A program made the position numbers and the translations under genes. Below the pieces are notes generated by a model, which was not told the origin of the DNA, ran no database searches, and saw only the letters and a list, made by a program, of their open reading frames with translations. This document shows, one piece after another, positions 20,245-31,516 of a stretch of 64,000 nt of DNA (positions are counted from its first letter, which is position 1; each line of letters begins with the position of its first letter). Location of the stretch: assembly GCA_044229975.1 (NCBI GenBank), contig JBGARZ010000011.1:64001-128000 (forward strand), read 5' to 3'. The stretch comes from Polyangiales bacterium (GTDB lineage Bacteria > Myxococcota_A > Polyangia > Polyangiales > Ga0077539).

Positions 20245-20351
20245 GGCCCAGCCCTTTCAACGTGGCTCAAGCGTCATCCATCTCAAGGTCACTGCACCCG
20301 CTTGCAGACCGGGGTTGGTCGCGTCCCGCGCCTGCACCAGCGGGTGGAGCG

Positions 20352-20687
20352 CTATGGCTGCTCTCGCGCGGCGAGGATGAAGTGCAGCACCTGCTGGGTC
20401 TGCTCGGGCGTCAGGTGCGACTTGTGGCCCATGTCCGTCATGATGCCGGGCCAACGGTTGGCGCTGATCGGATTGAGATCGGGATAGCCGTGACAGCCGT
20501 TGCACCGGTCGAGAAACAGGGTGCGCCCCGCGTCGAGCGACTCTGCCGTCGCGCCCGGCCAACGGCTCGCAGCCGTCGCCGCCGAGGCCGGTGACAGAGG
20601 GCCCGGAGCCGCGCCGCTGCGCGGATACGAGCACGCCGTCGTGGCCAGGAAGACACCCATCACCGCGCGCGCCGCGAGCTTTGTCAT
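20352..20687 (-). CDS. Small c-type cytochrome lipoprotein
   Basis: TTAC lipobox-like; GRTLFLDRCNGCH; W...MTDM. Confidence 0.8.
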   Translation of the reverse strand: MTKLAARAVMGVFLATTACSYPRSGAAPGPLSPASAATAASRWPGATAESLDAGRTLFLDRCNGCHGYPDLNPISANRWPGIMTDMGHKSHLTPEQTQQVLHFILAAREQP

Positions 20688-20754
20688 GACTCGGTAGTGC
20701 TACAGCTTGCGCGTCTTGTCGCTGACCGATCGCTGCCTCAAGCACATCACCACG

Positions 20755-21309
20755 ATGGCCACCGCCCTTCGACTCTTCGGCGTATCGGTGTTGTGGGGCG
20801 CGCTCACCCTCGCGGCGCCGTCGACTTCGTCCGCGCAGGCGCGTGCTGGGGCTGTCCCTTCGTCGAGCTGGTCGAGCGCCCTCTTCGTCGAGCTCGCCGC
20901 GAGCTTCGTCCCCTACGCCAACGACGTCCCGCTCGTGTTCGGTGTGGGCCTTCGCTTCGCCGACGTCCACGAGGTCTGGGCGCGCGCCGGCTACATGCCC
21001 ACTGGCGACGACCGCACCTACGGCTTCGGCGTCGTGGGGTACCGCGCCGTCCTGCGACCGCACCGGCTCGTGCGCCCGACCGTCGGCGGGTTGTTCGCGG
21101 CGCTGCCGGCGACCTGTGGCCACGACGCGGCGGGCAAACCGAGCTGCGCGCCCGACGCGCTCTTCATCGTCGCGGCGACGGGCGGCGTGCGCATCGAACC
21201 GGTGCCTTGGCTGGGTTTCGCGGCGACGCTGTCGTTGGGCGTCGACTCGTACCCGAACCCCTTCGGGATGATCGAGCTCGCCGTGAGCTTCGCGCTGCCG
21301 CTGTCGTAG
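20755..21309 (+). CDS. Exported hypothetical protein, possible small outer-membrane beta-barrel
   Basis: Signal peptide; alternating hydrophobic strands; ends ELAVSFALPLS. Confidence 0.65.
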   Translation: MATALRLFGVSVLWGALTLAAPSTSSAQARAGAVPSSSWSSALFVELAASFVPYANDVPLVFGVGLRFADVHEVWARAGYMPTGDDRTYGFGVVGYRAVLRPHRLVRPTVGGLFAALPATCGHDAAGKPSCAPDALFIVAATGGVRIEPVPWLGFAATLSLGVDSYPNPFGMIELAVSFALPLS

Positions 21310-21317
21310 GCGGTCGG

Positions 21318-21486
21318 TGCGGAGAGAAACAGCCGCAAGGGCGCAAGGGTCGCAAGGGAAAGACAAGTTCTCCCCGCGAATGATGAGGTTTCGCAAAACG
21401 GATCGCGGCGAGCGATCGGAGCGCCCGATCACCCATTCCTTCCTACCCTTGCGACCCTCGCGTCCTTGCGGCTGTGTCTCTCCGCA
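21318..21486. repeat. REP doublet-like inverted repeat
   Basis: 41-bp arms 21318-21358 and 21446-21486, 3 mismatches, built from CGCAAGGG units; between convergent genes. Confidence 0.85.
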
Positions 21487-21503
21487 ACGACTGCCGCCGG
21501 CCT

Positions 21504-23879
21504 CTACAGCCCCGGCACCACCCAAGGCAGCCCGTGGTTGACCGTCGCCCCGTCGCCCACCTGCCCGAAGCCGTTGCCGCCCCAGCAGCGCACCACACCA
21601 CCCGCCGCCCGCGAGCACGTGTGCGCCTCGCCCGCCGTCACCAGCAGCGCGTCACCCACGCTCGCCGCCACCACCGGCGCCGGTCGATCGATGGTAGTGC
21701 CGTCCGCGAGCTGCCCCGTCGCGTTGCTCCCCCAGCACCGCAGCGAGTGACCCACCATCCGCGCGCACGTGTGAAACGCCCCGACGCCCAGGTCGAGCGC
21801 GCCCGCGAGCCCCGGCACCACGACCGGCGTCGTCCGACTCACGCGCGACCCGTCGGCGAGCTGCCCGAGGTCGTTGCGACCCCAGCAGCGAACCGTCCCG
21901 TCGCTCAACCTCGCACAGCTCCGGTACGCGCCGAGCGCCAGTGCCGCCGCGTTGGAGAGGCCCGCCACCGCCGCGGGCCGGTAGTGTGTCTCGACGTAGC
22001 CGTCGCCCACCTGGCCGAAGCTGCTCGCGCCCCAGCAGCGAACCGTCCCATCACCGAGTCGCGCGCAGGTGTGCAGGTTGCCCGCCGCCACCTCCACCAC
22101 GCCCGCCAGCCCCGGAACCTGCGCTGGAAACGGTCGCGTCACCGTCGTCCCGTCGCCGAGCTGACCGTGGGCGTTGTCGCCCCAGCAGCGGACCGTTCCG
22201 TCGGCGAGGCGCGCGCAGGTGTGGGCGTCGCCGAGGGCGATCTGCACGACGCCCGTGAGGGCGACCACGGGCACCGAGACGCTGTTGTTGCTGCGCGTGT
22301 TGTTGCCGAGCTGACCCGACGTGTTGAGCCCCCAGCAGCGCATCGTTCCGTCGTCGCGGCGCGCGCAGGAGTGGCCGTTGCCCGCGCCGACCTCCACGGC
22401 GCGGTCGAGCCCCACCACGGAGACCGGCGTCGTGCGGTGCGTCAGGGTGCCGTCGCCGAGCTGACCGAATTGGTTCCAGCCCCAGCAGCGGACGTTGGCG
22501 TTGGCGAGGCGCGCGCAGGTGTGGGCGTAGCCCGCGGCGAGCGTCATCACCGGCGGGCTCAGCTCCGTCACGGGAGGGACGACCACCCGCGCGACGTCCA
22601 CCACGCTCGGCGCATCGAGGTGGGCCACGCCTCCGTCGGCCGGGTTCTCGTCGCGATACCGATTGAACGCGAACCACCCACCACCAAGGATGGCGGTCCC
22701 TACCAGCAGCCCGACCACGGTCGCGCCGAGCCACGAGCTGTTGCTCGGGGGCGACGGCGGCGTCGGGTACGGCGTCGGGTACGGCGGCGCGCCCTGCACC
22801 GAATACACGGGGTTGTATGAGATGGGCGGCGGAACCGACGGGTGCACCGCCGCGGGGACGCCCTGCACGGAGGCCGAGGCCCACGGCGCCGAGGTCGACA
22901 CGACCTGCATGGCCTGGGTGGGCGGGACGACGCTGCGCCGCGGGTCGTCGGTGGTGACGAAGGCCGCGGTGGCCTGCGGTCCGAGGAGCACCGGGGTGAG
23001 CGCGGCGAGGGCCTCGGCGGCGTCGCGGAAGCGGGCGTTGGGGTCGCGCACCACACACCGGGCGAACCACTCGTCGAAGCCCGCCGGGAGGCTGGTTCCG
23101 AGCTCCTGCGCGCGAACGCTCGGCGCTTCGATGGGGTCGCCGAAGAGCTCGCGCAGCACGCGCTCGACGGGCGCATCGGGGATGTTGCCGCTGCGCCAGT
23201 ACGACCGCCCCACGAGCAGCTTGAAGGCGAGGAGCCCCATGGACCAGACGTCCGCCGCGGGGGTGATCTCGCCGCGCTGCGCCTGCTCGGGGGCCATCCA
23301 GAGGGGCGTTCCGACGGCGGAGGTCATGCGGTGCTGCGGGCCCGAGTCGGTGCCGATGTCGTCGAGCGCCTTGGCGATGCCGAAGTCGAGGAGCTTCACC
23401 GTAAACGGCACGCCCTCCCGCCGCGGAACACACAAGAACACGTTGTCGGGCTTCAGGTCGCGGTGCACGAGCCCGGCGCGGTGGGCGGCCGCGAGCGCGT
23501 GCCCGAGCTGGCGAAAGACCTCCAGCGTCTCGGAGGGCGGGAGCTTGCCGCGGCGCTTGAGGACGTGGCCGAGGTCTTCGCCGCGGAGGAGTTCCATGAC
23601 GATCCACGGGACGCCCTGGTCGTCGAAGCCGGCGGCGAGCACCTGCACCACGTGGTCGCTCTCGATGCGCGCGCTCGCCCTGGCTTCTTGCAGGAAACGC
23701 TCGCGCCCGCGCGGGTCTCGCAGCAGGCGCGCGTGCATCACCTTGAGCACCCGCTCGGCCCCGGTGGAGAGCTGGGTGACGCGGTAGAGGGTGCCCATGC
23801 CGCCGCGGGCGAGCTCCTGCTCGACGCGGTAGTCCGTCGCGACGACGGTTCCGGCGACGAGCGGCTGGGCGAGACTCAT
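21504..23879 (-). CDS. Transmembrane Ser/Thr kinase with RCC1-like repeats
   Basis: [20 protein letters not shown]; one TM helix; about 7 HTCA...VRCWG-x-N-x-x-GQLG repeats. Confidence 0.93.
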   Translation of the reverse strand: MSLAQPLVAGTVVATDYRVEQELARGGMGTLYRVTQLSTGAERVLKVMHARLLRDPRGRERFLQEARASARIESDHVVQVLAAGFDDQGVPWIVMELLRGEDLGHVLKRRGKLPPSETLEVFRQLGHALAAAHRAGLVHRDLKPDNVFLCVPRREGVPFTVKLLDFGIAKALDDIGTDSGPQHRMTSAVGTPLWMAPEQAQRGEITPAADVWSMGLLAFKLLVGRSYWRSGNIPDAPVERVLRELFGDPIEAPSVRAQELGTSLPAGFDEWFARCVVRDPNARFRDAAEALAALTPVLLGPQATAAFVTTDDPRRSVVPPTQAMQVVSTSAPWASASVQGVPAAVHPSVPPPISYNPVYSVQGAPPYPTPYPTPPSPPSNSSWLGATVVGLLVGTAILGGGWFAFNRYRDENPADGGVAHLDAPSVVDVARVVVPPVTELSPPVMTLAAGYAHTCARLANANVRCWGWNQFGQLGDGTLTHRTTPVSVVGLDRAVEVGAGNGHSCARRDDGTMRCWGLNTSGQLGNNTRSNNSVSVPVVALTGVVQIALGDAHTCARLADGTVRCWGDNAHGQLGDGTTVTRPFPAQVPGLAGVVEVAAGNLHTCARLGDGTVRCWGASSFGQVGDGYVETHYRPAAVAGLSNAAALALGAYRSCARLSDGTVRCWGRNDLGQLADGSRVSRTTPVVVPGLAGALDLGVGAFHTCARMVGHSLRCWGSNATGQLADGTTIDRPAPVVAASVGDALLVTAGEAHTCSRAAGGVVRCWGGNGFGQVGDGATVNHGLPWVVPGL

Positions 23880-23953
23880 GGGGCGCGGATGCTAGTCCGT
23901 CACTCGCAGGGACGCGAAGGATTGGAGGCGCGGTGAGAGGCGCTCGTTTGTGT

Positions 23954-24119
23954 TCGTGGGCCCCCATCCCCGCTGCCGCGCGCCCTTCCCCCACGCTGAC
24001 GCGTGAGGGCAGGGCTCCGGGGGCTGGCAGCCTCGCGCTCATGCTACAGACGTCGGAGCCCTGCCCTCACGCGTCAGCGTGGGGGAAGGGCGCGCGGCAG
24101 CGGGGATGGGGGCCCACGA
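23954..24119. repeat. Long inverted-repeat (REPIN-like) element
   Basis: Perfect 66-bp arms 23954-24019 and 24054-24119, 34-bp spacer. Confidence 0.9.
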
Positions 24120-24140
24120 CTCCAGTCGAGCCCACCCACA

Positions 24141-25958
24141 TCACCGCCCCACCATCACCTCGACCCGACCCGGCAGCGCGCCCGTCCCCGGCGGCACCCG
24201 CTCTCGCCCCGTGGCGTGCCCGTACACGCACAGCCCGTTGGCGCGCGGCCCTTCCATCACCTCCAGCCGCAGCGTGTGCTCGCCCGCCGTCGCCACCGCC
24301 GCCACCGCCGCCGCGTCGTCGCTCGCTCGCTCCACCCAGCGCCCGAGCCCGTCGTCGGCGATCACCTCCACCTCGCCCAGCGACACTCCGTCGAGCGACA
24401 CCCGCACCGTCGACCCATCCTCGGGCGCTCCCTCTTCGCCGCGCCCCGGCAGCTCCGAGCTCGCCCGAAAGCGCACCGTCACCCGCCGTGCGTCCGTCAT
24501 CGCCCGCGCCGCCGCAGCCGTCACCCGCAGCCGATACGTAAACGCCGTCGGACCGCCGCCGTACATGTGCATCACCGCGAAGCCGTCCCAGCGCCCCACC
24601 GCCTCGCCATCGATGCTCGCGAAGCGCTCCGGCCGCCACACCCAACGCGCCGTTCGCCCTCGCACCACTGGCACCGCGACCGCGCCGACGGGCCCATCCA
24701 CCCGCCGACGCGTCGACCACAACGGCACCACTCCGCGCGACGCCATCAATCGCGGGTTGCCCGTCGGGTCGTCCTCCGACCACCGCGCCGCGACGCGCGC
24801 CAGCACCTCGCGCACCTCGCGCGTCTCGCCCACCCACGGGCCGTCCACCACGATGCCGTGCTCCCTCGGTCGCTCGGCCGCGGCCGTGTAGATCCACGCC
24901 ATCGCGCCGTCGAGGTCATCCAACCGCGAGCGCGCCAGGAAGCGCTCGAACCACTCCGCCCGCGGCACCCCGTGATGCACCTGCTCGACGGTGCTGAACC
25001 CGTACTCGCCCCAGATGAACGGCTTCGCCAGAACGTGGTGCGCGAGCTGCGCGTGGTCGTCGACGAAGTCGTCGAGGTGTTCGAGCGTCCGCCCGGCGCG
25101 CACCGTCGTGGGGTAGGCGTGCGCGTCGGCGTAGTCGATCTCTGGGAGTCGTTGCAGCGCCAGCCAGGTCTCGCGCTGCTCGTTGCGCGTGTACCCGATG
25201 TGCCCGGCGCCCACGAGGTGCGCGCGGTCGAGCCCGTGGATGTACGCCGCCATGGTGCGGGTCCAGTCGACGAGCGTGTCGCGCGAGCGCCGCGGCGCAT
25301 CGGACTCGTTGATGAGCTCCCACGCCATGATGGTCGGGTCATCCCGATACGGAACGCCCGTCGTCGCGTTGATGCGACCCACCACCCGAGCGACGTGGGC
25401 GCGGTAGTCGTCGCGGGCGTGCGGGCTCCCGAAGAAGTACCCGAGCGCTGGCATCGGCGGGCCGACGACGGGGCCACGCAACGTCTCCCAGCGGTGGTAC
25501 TCGGGCGCTCCGCCGTAGTCGCTCCAGCGGTTGGAGAGCACCACCACGACGCGCAGTCCGCGCGCGCGAGCGGCCTCGATGACCCGGTCGAGGTGCACGA
25601 AGCTCGCCTCCAACCACCCTTCCGGGCCGAGGCGAAACGAGTAGTCGCGCGTCCACTCCTCGGCGCCTTCGGGGTGCTCACCGAGCGCCCACACCCGCAC
25701 CACCTTGAGTCCGTCGGCGGCGACGGCGTCGAGCACCGACTCCACCGCCGCGCGGTCGAAGCGCCCGTGCATGATCGACGCGTTGGCGCCCATGAACTTG
25801 AAGCGCCGACCGCCCAGCACGAAGCGCCGCCCGTCGACCTGCACGAAGCGCGATCGATCGACGGCGGGCGGTGGGGTGACGGGCTGGGCGAGGGCCGTCG
25901 CGACCAGCGCCGAGAGGGCGACGGCCGCGACGAGGAGGGGACGGGCGGTGGGTTTCAA
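24141..25958 (-). CDS. Secreted GH5 glycoside hydrolase (mannanase-like) with C-terminal extra domain
   Basis: Signal peptide; GLKVVRVWA, DDPTIMAWELINE, HAYP, KPFIWGEYG. Confidence 0.88.
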   Translation of the reverse strand: MKPTARPLLVAAVALSALVATALAQPVTPPPAVDRSRFVQVDGRRFVLGGRRFKFMGANASIMHGRFDRAAVESVLDAVAADGLKVVRVWALGEHPEGAEEWTRDYSFRLGPEGWLEASFVHLDRVIEAARARGLRVVVVLSNRWSDYGGAPEYHRWETLRGPVVGPPMPALGYFFGSPHARDDYRAHVARVVGRINATTGVPYRDDPTIMAWELINESDAPRRSRDTLVDWTRTMAAYIHGLDRAHLVGAGHIGYTRNEQRETWLALQRLPEIDYADAHAYPTTVRAGRTLEHLDDFVDDHAQLAHHVLAKPFIWGEYGFSTVEQVHHGVPRAEWFERFLARSRLDDLDGAMAWIYTAAAERPREHGIVVDGPWVGETREVREVLARVAARWSEDDPTGNPRLMASRGVVPLWSTRRRVDGPVGAVAVPVVRGRTARWVWRPERFASIDGEAVGRWDGFAVMHMYGGGPTAFTYRLRVTAAAARAMTDARRVTVRFRASSELPGRGEEGAPEDGSTVRVSLDGVSLGEVEVIADDGLGRWVERASDDAAAVAAVATAGEHTLRLEVMEGPRANGLCVYGHATGRERVPPGTGALPGRVEVMVGR

Positions 25959-25974
25959 CGCCCGGCGGAGAGCG

Positions 25975-27117
<1,143 letters not shown>

Positions 27118-27217
27118 GCTCTCCTCCATCTCAGACGTTTTCGTCGAAAATCCGCGTTGCCCTACCACGGGCGACGTTTCGGGAAAACAACGTCCGCCCG
27201 CGGTCGTTCGACCGTCC

Positions 27218-28060
27218 ATGCGACCCGCCGCCCTCGTCTCCCTCCTCGCCCTCAGCACCGCGTGCGCCGCGCCGCCCCGCTTCTGGAGCCGCCGCGAACC
27301 CACCGCCGCCATCCCCCTCCGCCCCCTCACGGCCGAGGCCGTCATCACCACACCCGCCGCCACCGACCCCGACGGAGCCTTCGCCAGCGCCGACGGAACC
27401 AGCCGCAGCCGACAGGGTCCGTGCCAGCGCGAGGCCCGCGAGGCCGACAGCGTCCCGGCCGACGAGCCCATGAAGGCGTGCACCTTCACCCCCGACCGCG
27501 GGTGGCGCGAGTGGACCTTCCCCGACCCGGGCGTCCTGCTCGACGTCTTCGACGGCGTCGCCCTCATCGCCCGCACCAACCGAGACGGCGACGTGGACGT
27601 CGTCCGCTACGACGTCGACCTGGGTCGGTCGCACCGCCTCATGCTCCCGGAGCCCACCGCGCGGTGGGCGCGCGCGGGCTTTACCCGATCGGGTATGCTG
27701 GTCGGCCTGGTGCGGACGGGCACCCTCGACCGCCCCGGGTCGGCCTGGGTGCGGGGCGCCACCGACGGGACGCTCACCATGACCGCGCTGCCCTTCGACG
27801 CCGACGACCTGGGCACCACGGACGACCTCACGGTGTGCGTCGGACCGAGCGGCGCCGCCGTGGTGTCGGCCCTCGGGTGGTCGCGCCGGGTCGACCTCCC
27901 CGCGGCTTCGAACGCGACGCAAAGACCGCGGACGGAGGTCGGGCGCGCGGGCGAGCGAGTGGTCTGCGCGATGGGACAGTGCGTCATCGACGGGGTGGCG
28001 CGGGTGGTGTTGGAGCCGCCGGGCGGAGGGCTCGATCCGGCCGAGTCGGTCATTCGTTGA
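27218..28060 (+). CDS. Hypothetical lipoprotein
   Basis: [16 protein letters not shown] lipobox-like start; fills the gap before the kinase gene. Confidence 0.65.
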   Translation: MRPAALVSLLALSTACAAPPRFWSRREPTAAIPLRPLTAEAVITTPAATDPDGAFASADGTSRSRQGPCQREAREADSVPADEPMKACTFTPDRGWREWTFPDPGVLLDVFDGVALIARTNRDGDVDVVRYDVDLGRSHRLMLPEPTARWARAGFTRSGMLVGLVRTGTLDRPGSAWVRGATDGTLTMTALPFDADDLGTTDDLTVCVGPSGAAVVSALGWSRRVDLPAASNATQRPRTEVGRAGERVVCAMGQCVIDGVARVVLEPPGGGLDPAESVIR

Positions 28061-28219
28061 GAAAGGCGTTGGGGTTCTGGTACCTATCGCGCGCGCCGCG
28101 GGCCTGACGTACCGAATGGGCCGACGCGACGAGTAGGACGATGTCCAGCGTTTTCCACTACGCGGCAGATCTCGTGGTTTCTGGTGACGACGCGGGACTT
28201 TCGGTAACGTGAGGTTCCT

Positions 28220-30115
28220 GTGCCTCCGGTGACTTGCCCGTTCTGTGGAAGCGACCATCCCGCGGGCACATTTGTCTGTCCCAACACCAACCGCCGTCTT
28301 CAGGGGTTGCTGCCGACGGGCACGAGCATCGAGGAGAAGTACCGCATCGAGGGCATCATCGGTGTCGGCGGGATGGGCGTCGTCTACCGGGCCGAGCAGA
28401 CGAAGATCAATCGACTGGTCGCGCTCAAGATGCTGCTGCCGGAGTACATCGTGTACCCCGACCTCGTGGCGCGCGTGGAGCGCGAGGCCCGCACCGCGGG
28501 GCAGATCGACCACCCCAACGTCGTGACCATCACCGACCTCGGGGTGACCACCGAGTTCGGCCCGTACATCGCGATGGAACTCCTCCGCGGCCAGGAGCTG
28601 GCCACGGTGGTGGAGAACGCGGGCGGGCGCATGGAGCCCGCCGACGCGGTCGACGTGATCCGGCAGGTGCTCGCGGGCTTGGAGGCCGCGCACAAGAAGG
28701 GCGTCATCCACCGCGACCTGAAGCCCGAGAACATCTTCCTGAGCACCGACGACGAGGGCAAGCGCCGCGTGAAGGTGCTCGACTTCGGCATCTCGAAGCT
28801 GCGCGACGACAAGGAGCTCAACTCCCTCACGCGCACCGGCACCGTGATGGGGACGCCGCAGTTCATGGCGCCGGAGCAGGCCGCGGGCGCGCGCGATCAG
28901 GACGCCCGCATCGACCTCTACGCGACGGGCGCGGTGCTCTACGCGGTGCTCTGCAACGGGCTCCCCTACGAGGCGGAGAACTACAACCTCCTCATCAGCG
29001 AGATCCTCAACAAGGCTCCGATCCAGATTCTCCAGCGCAACACGTCGCTCGACCCGCGGCTCGCGAGCATCGTGATGAAGTCCATCGCGAAGAAGCCCGA
29101 GGCCCGCTACCAGTCGGCGCGCGAGATGGCCGACGCGCTGTCGTACTGGTACGACAACCGCGACAAGCCCATCCCCAACAACACCGGGCGCCTCTCGTCG
29201 CCACGCTCCAACCTCATCTCGCAGGACACGCCGGTGTTCGACCTGCGTCGCGGTGTCCCGCGGCCGCCGGTGATGAACCGGGAGTTCTCGCCCGACGACC
29301 CCGAGTACGTCGAGCCGGGCGAGGCGACGGTGATGGTTCCGGTGCCGTACCGCGGGAGCGATGACACCTCCGACGTCGACGCGCCGCCCGCGGACGACTT
29401 CTTCGACGACGACGGCACGGGCAACCAGCGCACGATGCGCCCGTCGCGTCCGCCGCGCACGCCGCCGCCGCCCGCGCATCCGCGCCGCTCGCCGCCGCCG
29501 CCCGAAGAGCCGCGGGTGTCGATGCCCGAGCCGTCGGTGCTGCTGGAGTCTCCGCTCGACGCGCCGCCCATCGTGCTGTTGCAGGCGCCGAAGCCGCCGC
29601 CGTCGGACGAGACCTGGGCGCAGCTCCGCACCGACCTCACGCCCAAGCGCGACGTGTTGATGGAGGAGGTTCACGCCGAGCGCCGGCAGCGCGGGCGCAT
29701 GGTGTACGTGCTCATGGCGCTCGCGGTGCTGGGCCTCGGCGTGGTGGCGGTGCGCGGGCTGGCGCCGCAGGTCTGGTACCGCTGGGTGCCGGGCGCGCGA
29801 GAAGACCGGGTGGTTCCGCCGCCGCCGTCGACGGTGAGCATCAGCGACCCGGTGCTCTCGATGGAAGCAGGCGTGGTCGACGCGCAGGTCGCGGTGGATG
29901 GGCCGCGCGCGTTGGCGGACGTGCCGCGCGCTGCGAGCGACGTCCCGCGAGCGATGCACGACGCGAGCGCGATGGCGGCGAACCCGACGATGGACGCGGG
30001 TCCCGCGGTGGCGCTCGACGCGACGACGGCGGTCGATGCGCCGGCCGTGGCCGAGGACGACGGGCTCACCGCGCGCGAGCGACGCCACCGTCGGCGACAC
30101 CCGCCGGCGCCGTAG
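28220..30115 (+). CDS. Transmembrane Ser/Thr kinase with N-terminal Zn-ribbon-like motif
   Basis: CPFC...CP; GVGGMGVVY, HRDLKPEN, DFG, GTPQFMAPE; Pro-rich linker; TM helix. Confidence 0.93.
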   Translation: MPPVTCPFCGSDHPAGTFVCPNTNRRLQGLLPTGTSIEEKYRIEGIIGVGGMGVVYRAEQTKINRLVALKMLLPEYIVYPDLVARVEREARTAGQIDHPNVVTITDLGVTTEFGPYIAMELLRGQELATVVENAGGRMEPADAVDVIRQVLAGLEAAHKKGVIHRDLKPENIFLSTDDEGKRRVKVLDFGISKLRDDKELNSLTRTGTVMGTPQFMAPEQAAGARDQDARIDLYATGAVLYAVLCNGLPYEAENYNLLISEILNKAPIQILQRNTSLDPRLASIVMKSIAKKPEARYQSAREMADALSYWYDNRDKPIPNNTGRLSSPRSNLISQDTPVFDLRRGVPRPPVMNREFSPDDPEYVEPGEATVMVPVPYRGSDDTSDVDAPPADDFFDDDGTGNQRTMRPSRPPRTPPPPAHPRRSPPPPEEPRVSMPEPSVLLESPLDAPPIVLLQAPKPPPSDETWAQLRTDLTPKRDVLMEEVHAERRQRGRMVYVLMALAVLGLGVVAVRGLAPQVWYRWVPGAREDRVVPPPPSTVSISDPVLSMEAGVVDAQVAVDGPRALADVPRAASDVPRAMHDASAMAANPTMDAGPAVALDATTAVDAPAVAEDDGLTARERRHRRRHPPAP

Positions 30116-30124
30116 CGAAGGCCC

Positions 30125-30571
30125 CTACTTGTTGTAGGGCTCGCCGCGGATGATCGAAAACGCCCGGTACACCTGCTCGGCGAGGATGAGCCTCGCCAGT
30201 CGATGCGGCAGCGTCATCGCGCCCAGCGACAGCCGCCAGCGGGCCTTCGCGCGCACCGCCGACGGCAGACCCTCCGCGCCGCCGATGGCGAACACCGGCG
30301 TCACCGCGCGTCGCATGGCGTCGTCGACCTTCGCGGCGAAGGCCTCGGAGGTCATCGACTTCCCCTCCACCTCCAACGTCACCAGCTCGGCGCGCTCGCC
30401 CTGCGCCGCGAGGCAGCGCTCGAACTGCGCCACCACGCGGTCTTCGCGCTCGTCCTTCAGCTCGACCTCGGTGAGCTCGGCGTAGCGCCGAACCCGGCCG
30501 TAGTAGTCGTCGAGCAACACCCGCAGCTCGGCTTCCTTGACCCGACCGACCGCGGCGACGACCAGCTTCAC
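30125..30571 (-). CDS. rlmH: 23S rRNA pseudouridine-1915 N3-methyltransferase
   Basis: FAIGGAEG, LSLGAMTLPHRLARLILAEQVYRA...GEPY; coupled to rsfS. Confidence 0.93.
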   Translation of the reverse strand: MKLVVAAVGRVKEAELRVLLDDYYGRVRRYAELTEVELKDEREDRVVAQFERCLAAQGERAELVTLEVEGKSMTSEAFAAKVDDAMRRAVTPVFAIGGAEGLPSAVRAKARWRLSLGAMTLPHRLARLILAEQVYRAFSIIRGEPYNK

Positions 30572-31380
30572 GCCTCGGTCGGGGTGCCCTCGAAGGGAAC
30601 CCGCGTCGCGTCCATCCAGAGCCCTTCGAGGTCGTAGTAGCGCCGCGCCTCGTCCACGAACACGTGCACGATCACGTCGGTGTAGTCGACCAGCACCCAC
30701 TGGCCCTGCTGCATGCCCTCGACGCTGCCGGGCCGGTGGCCCTTCTCGCGCAACGCCTCGGTCACGCCGTCGGCCACCGCGCGCACCTGACGGTCCGAGC
30801 GACCGGACATCAGCACCAGGAAGTCGGCGTAGTCGACCTTCTCCCCGATATCGATGATCTCGATGCGCTCGGCCTTCTTGTCGATGCCCGCCGCGGCGAT
30901 GAGCTTCGCCAGCTCGCGCGCCCCGTCGCGCCGCTGCGCCGCTGCGTCCGGCGTCGAGGCCGACAGCTCCGGGCGCTTGCGCGGGGTCTTCGGCGCCGCG
31001 GGCTTCTTCGCGCCGGTGGTCGGCTTCTTCGCGCCGGTGGTCGGCTTCTTCGCCGCGGGCTTCGCCTCGACCACGGCCGCCTTCTTCGCGCCCGTGCGCG
31101 GCGGCAGCGCCTTCTTCGCGACGCGGAGCGCGGCGTTTTTCTTTCGCTCCTTGCGGGCGACGATCTCCTCGTGGGTGGGCTCCCGCGTGGGCTTCGCGGC
31201 GCGACCCGCGGGCTTCGCGGTGGCCGACCTCGCCGGGGCGGCCTTCGCGGGCGCGGCCTTCGCGGCGGCTGCCCTCGCCGGGGCAGCCTTGGCGGCCTTC
31301 GCGGCGGGCTTCTTCGTGGGCGACGCCGGGCTCGGCTTCGCGGCGACGGTCTTCTTGCGCGGGGACTTTGCTTCGGCCAT
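30568..31380 (-). CDS. rsfS: Ribosome silencing factor with long Lys/Ala/Pro-rich N-terminal extension
   Basis: DKKAERIEIID...ADFLVLMSGRSDRQV...WVLVDYTDVIVHVF...RRYYDLEGLW; ~150-aa basic extension in frame. Confidence 0.92.
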   Translation of the reverse strand: MAEAKSPRKKTVAAKPSPASPTKKPAAKAAKAAPARAAAAKAAPAKAAPARSATAKPAGRAAKPTREPTHEEIVARKERKKNAALRVAKKALPPRTGAKKAAVVEAKPAAKKPTTGAKKPTTGAKKPAAPKTPRKRPELSASTPDAAAQRRDGARELAKLIAAAGIDKKAERIEIIDIGEKVDYADFLVLMSGRSDRQVRAVADGVTEALREKGHRPGSVEGMQQGQWVLVDYTDVIVHVFVDEARRYYDLEGLWMDATRVPFEGTPTEA

Positions 31381-31516
31381 GACTCGCCTGCTTGTCGACG
31401 CCGCGGACACTCTGGCGCGCAACAGCGCACCCCGCGGACGGACGCGCAGCATCGCACCAGTCGCGACGCTCGCACCACAAGAAGCGTCCCTCCCCTCGCA
31501 ACCGATCGCAGGTCTG

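Noticed and set aside
27131..30100. Very long antisense or alternate-frame ORFs (also 33892..36597, 38648..41698, 25705..28107 and others)
   Set aside because: Shadow ORFs expected at high GC; Arg/Ala/Gly-rich, no motifs, overlapping well-supported genes
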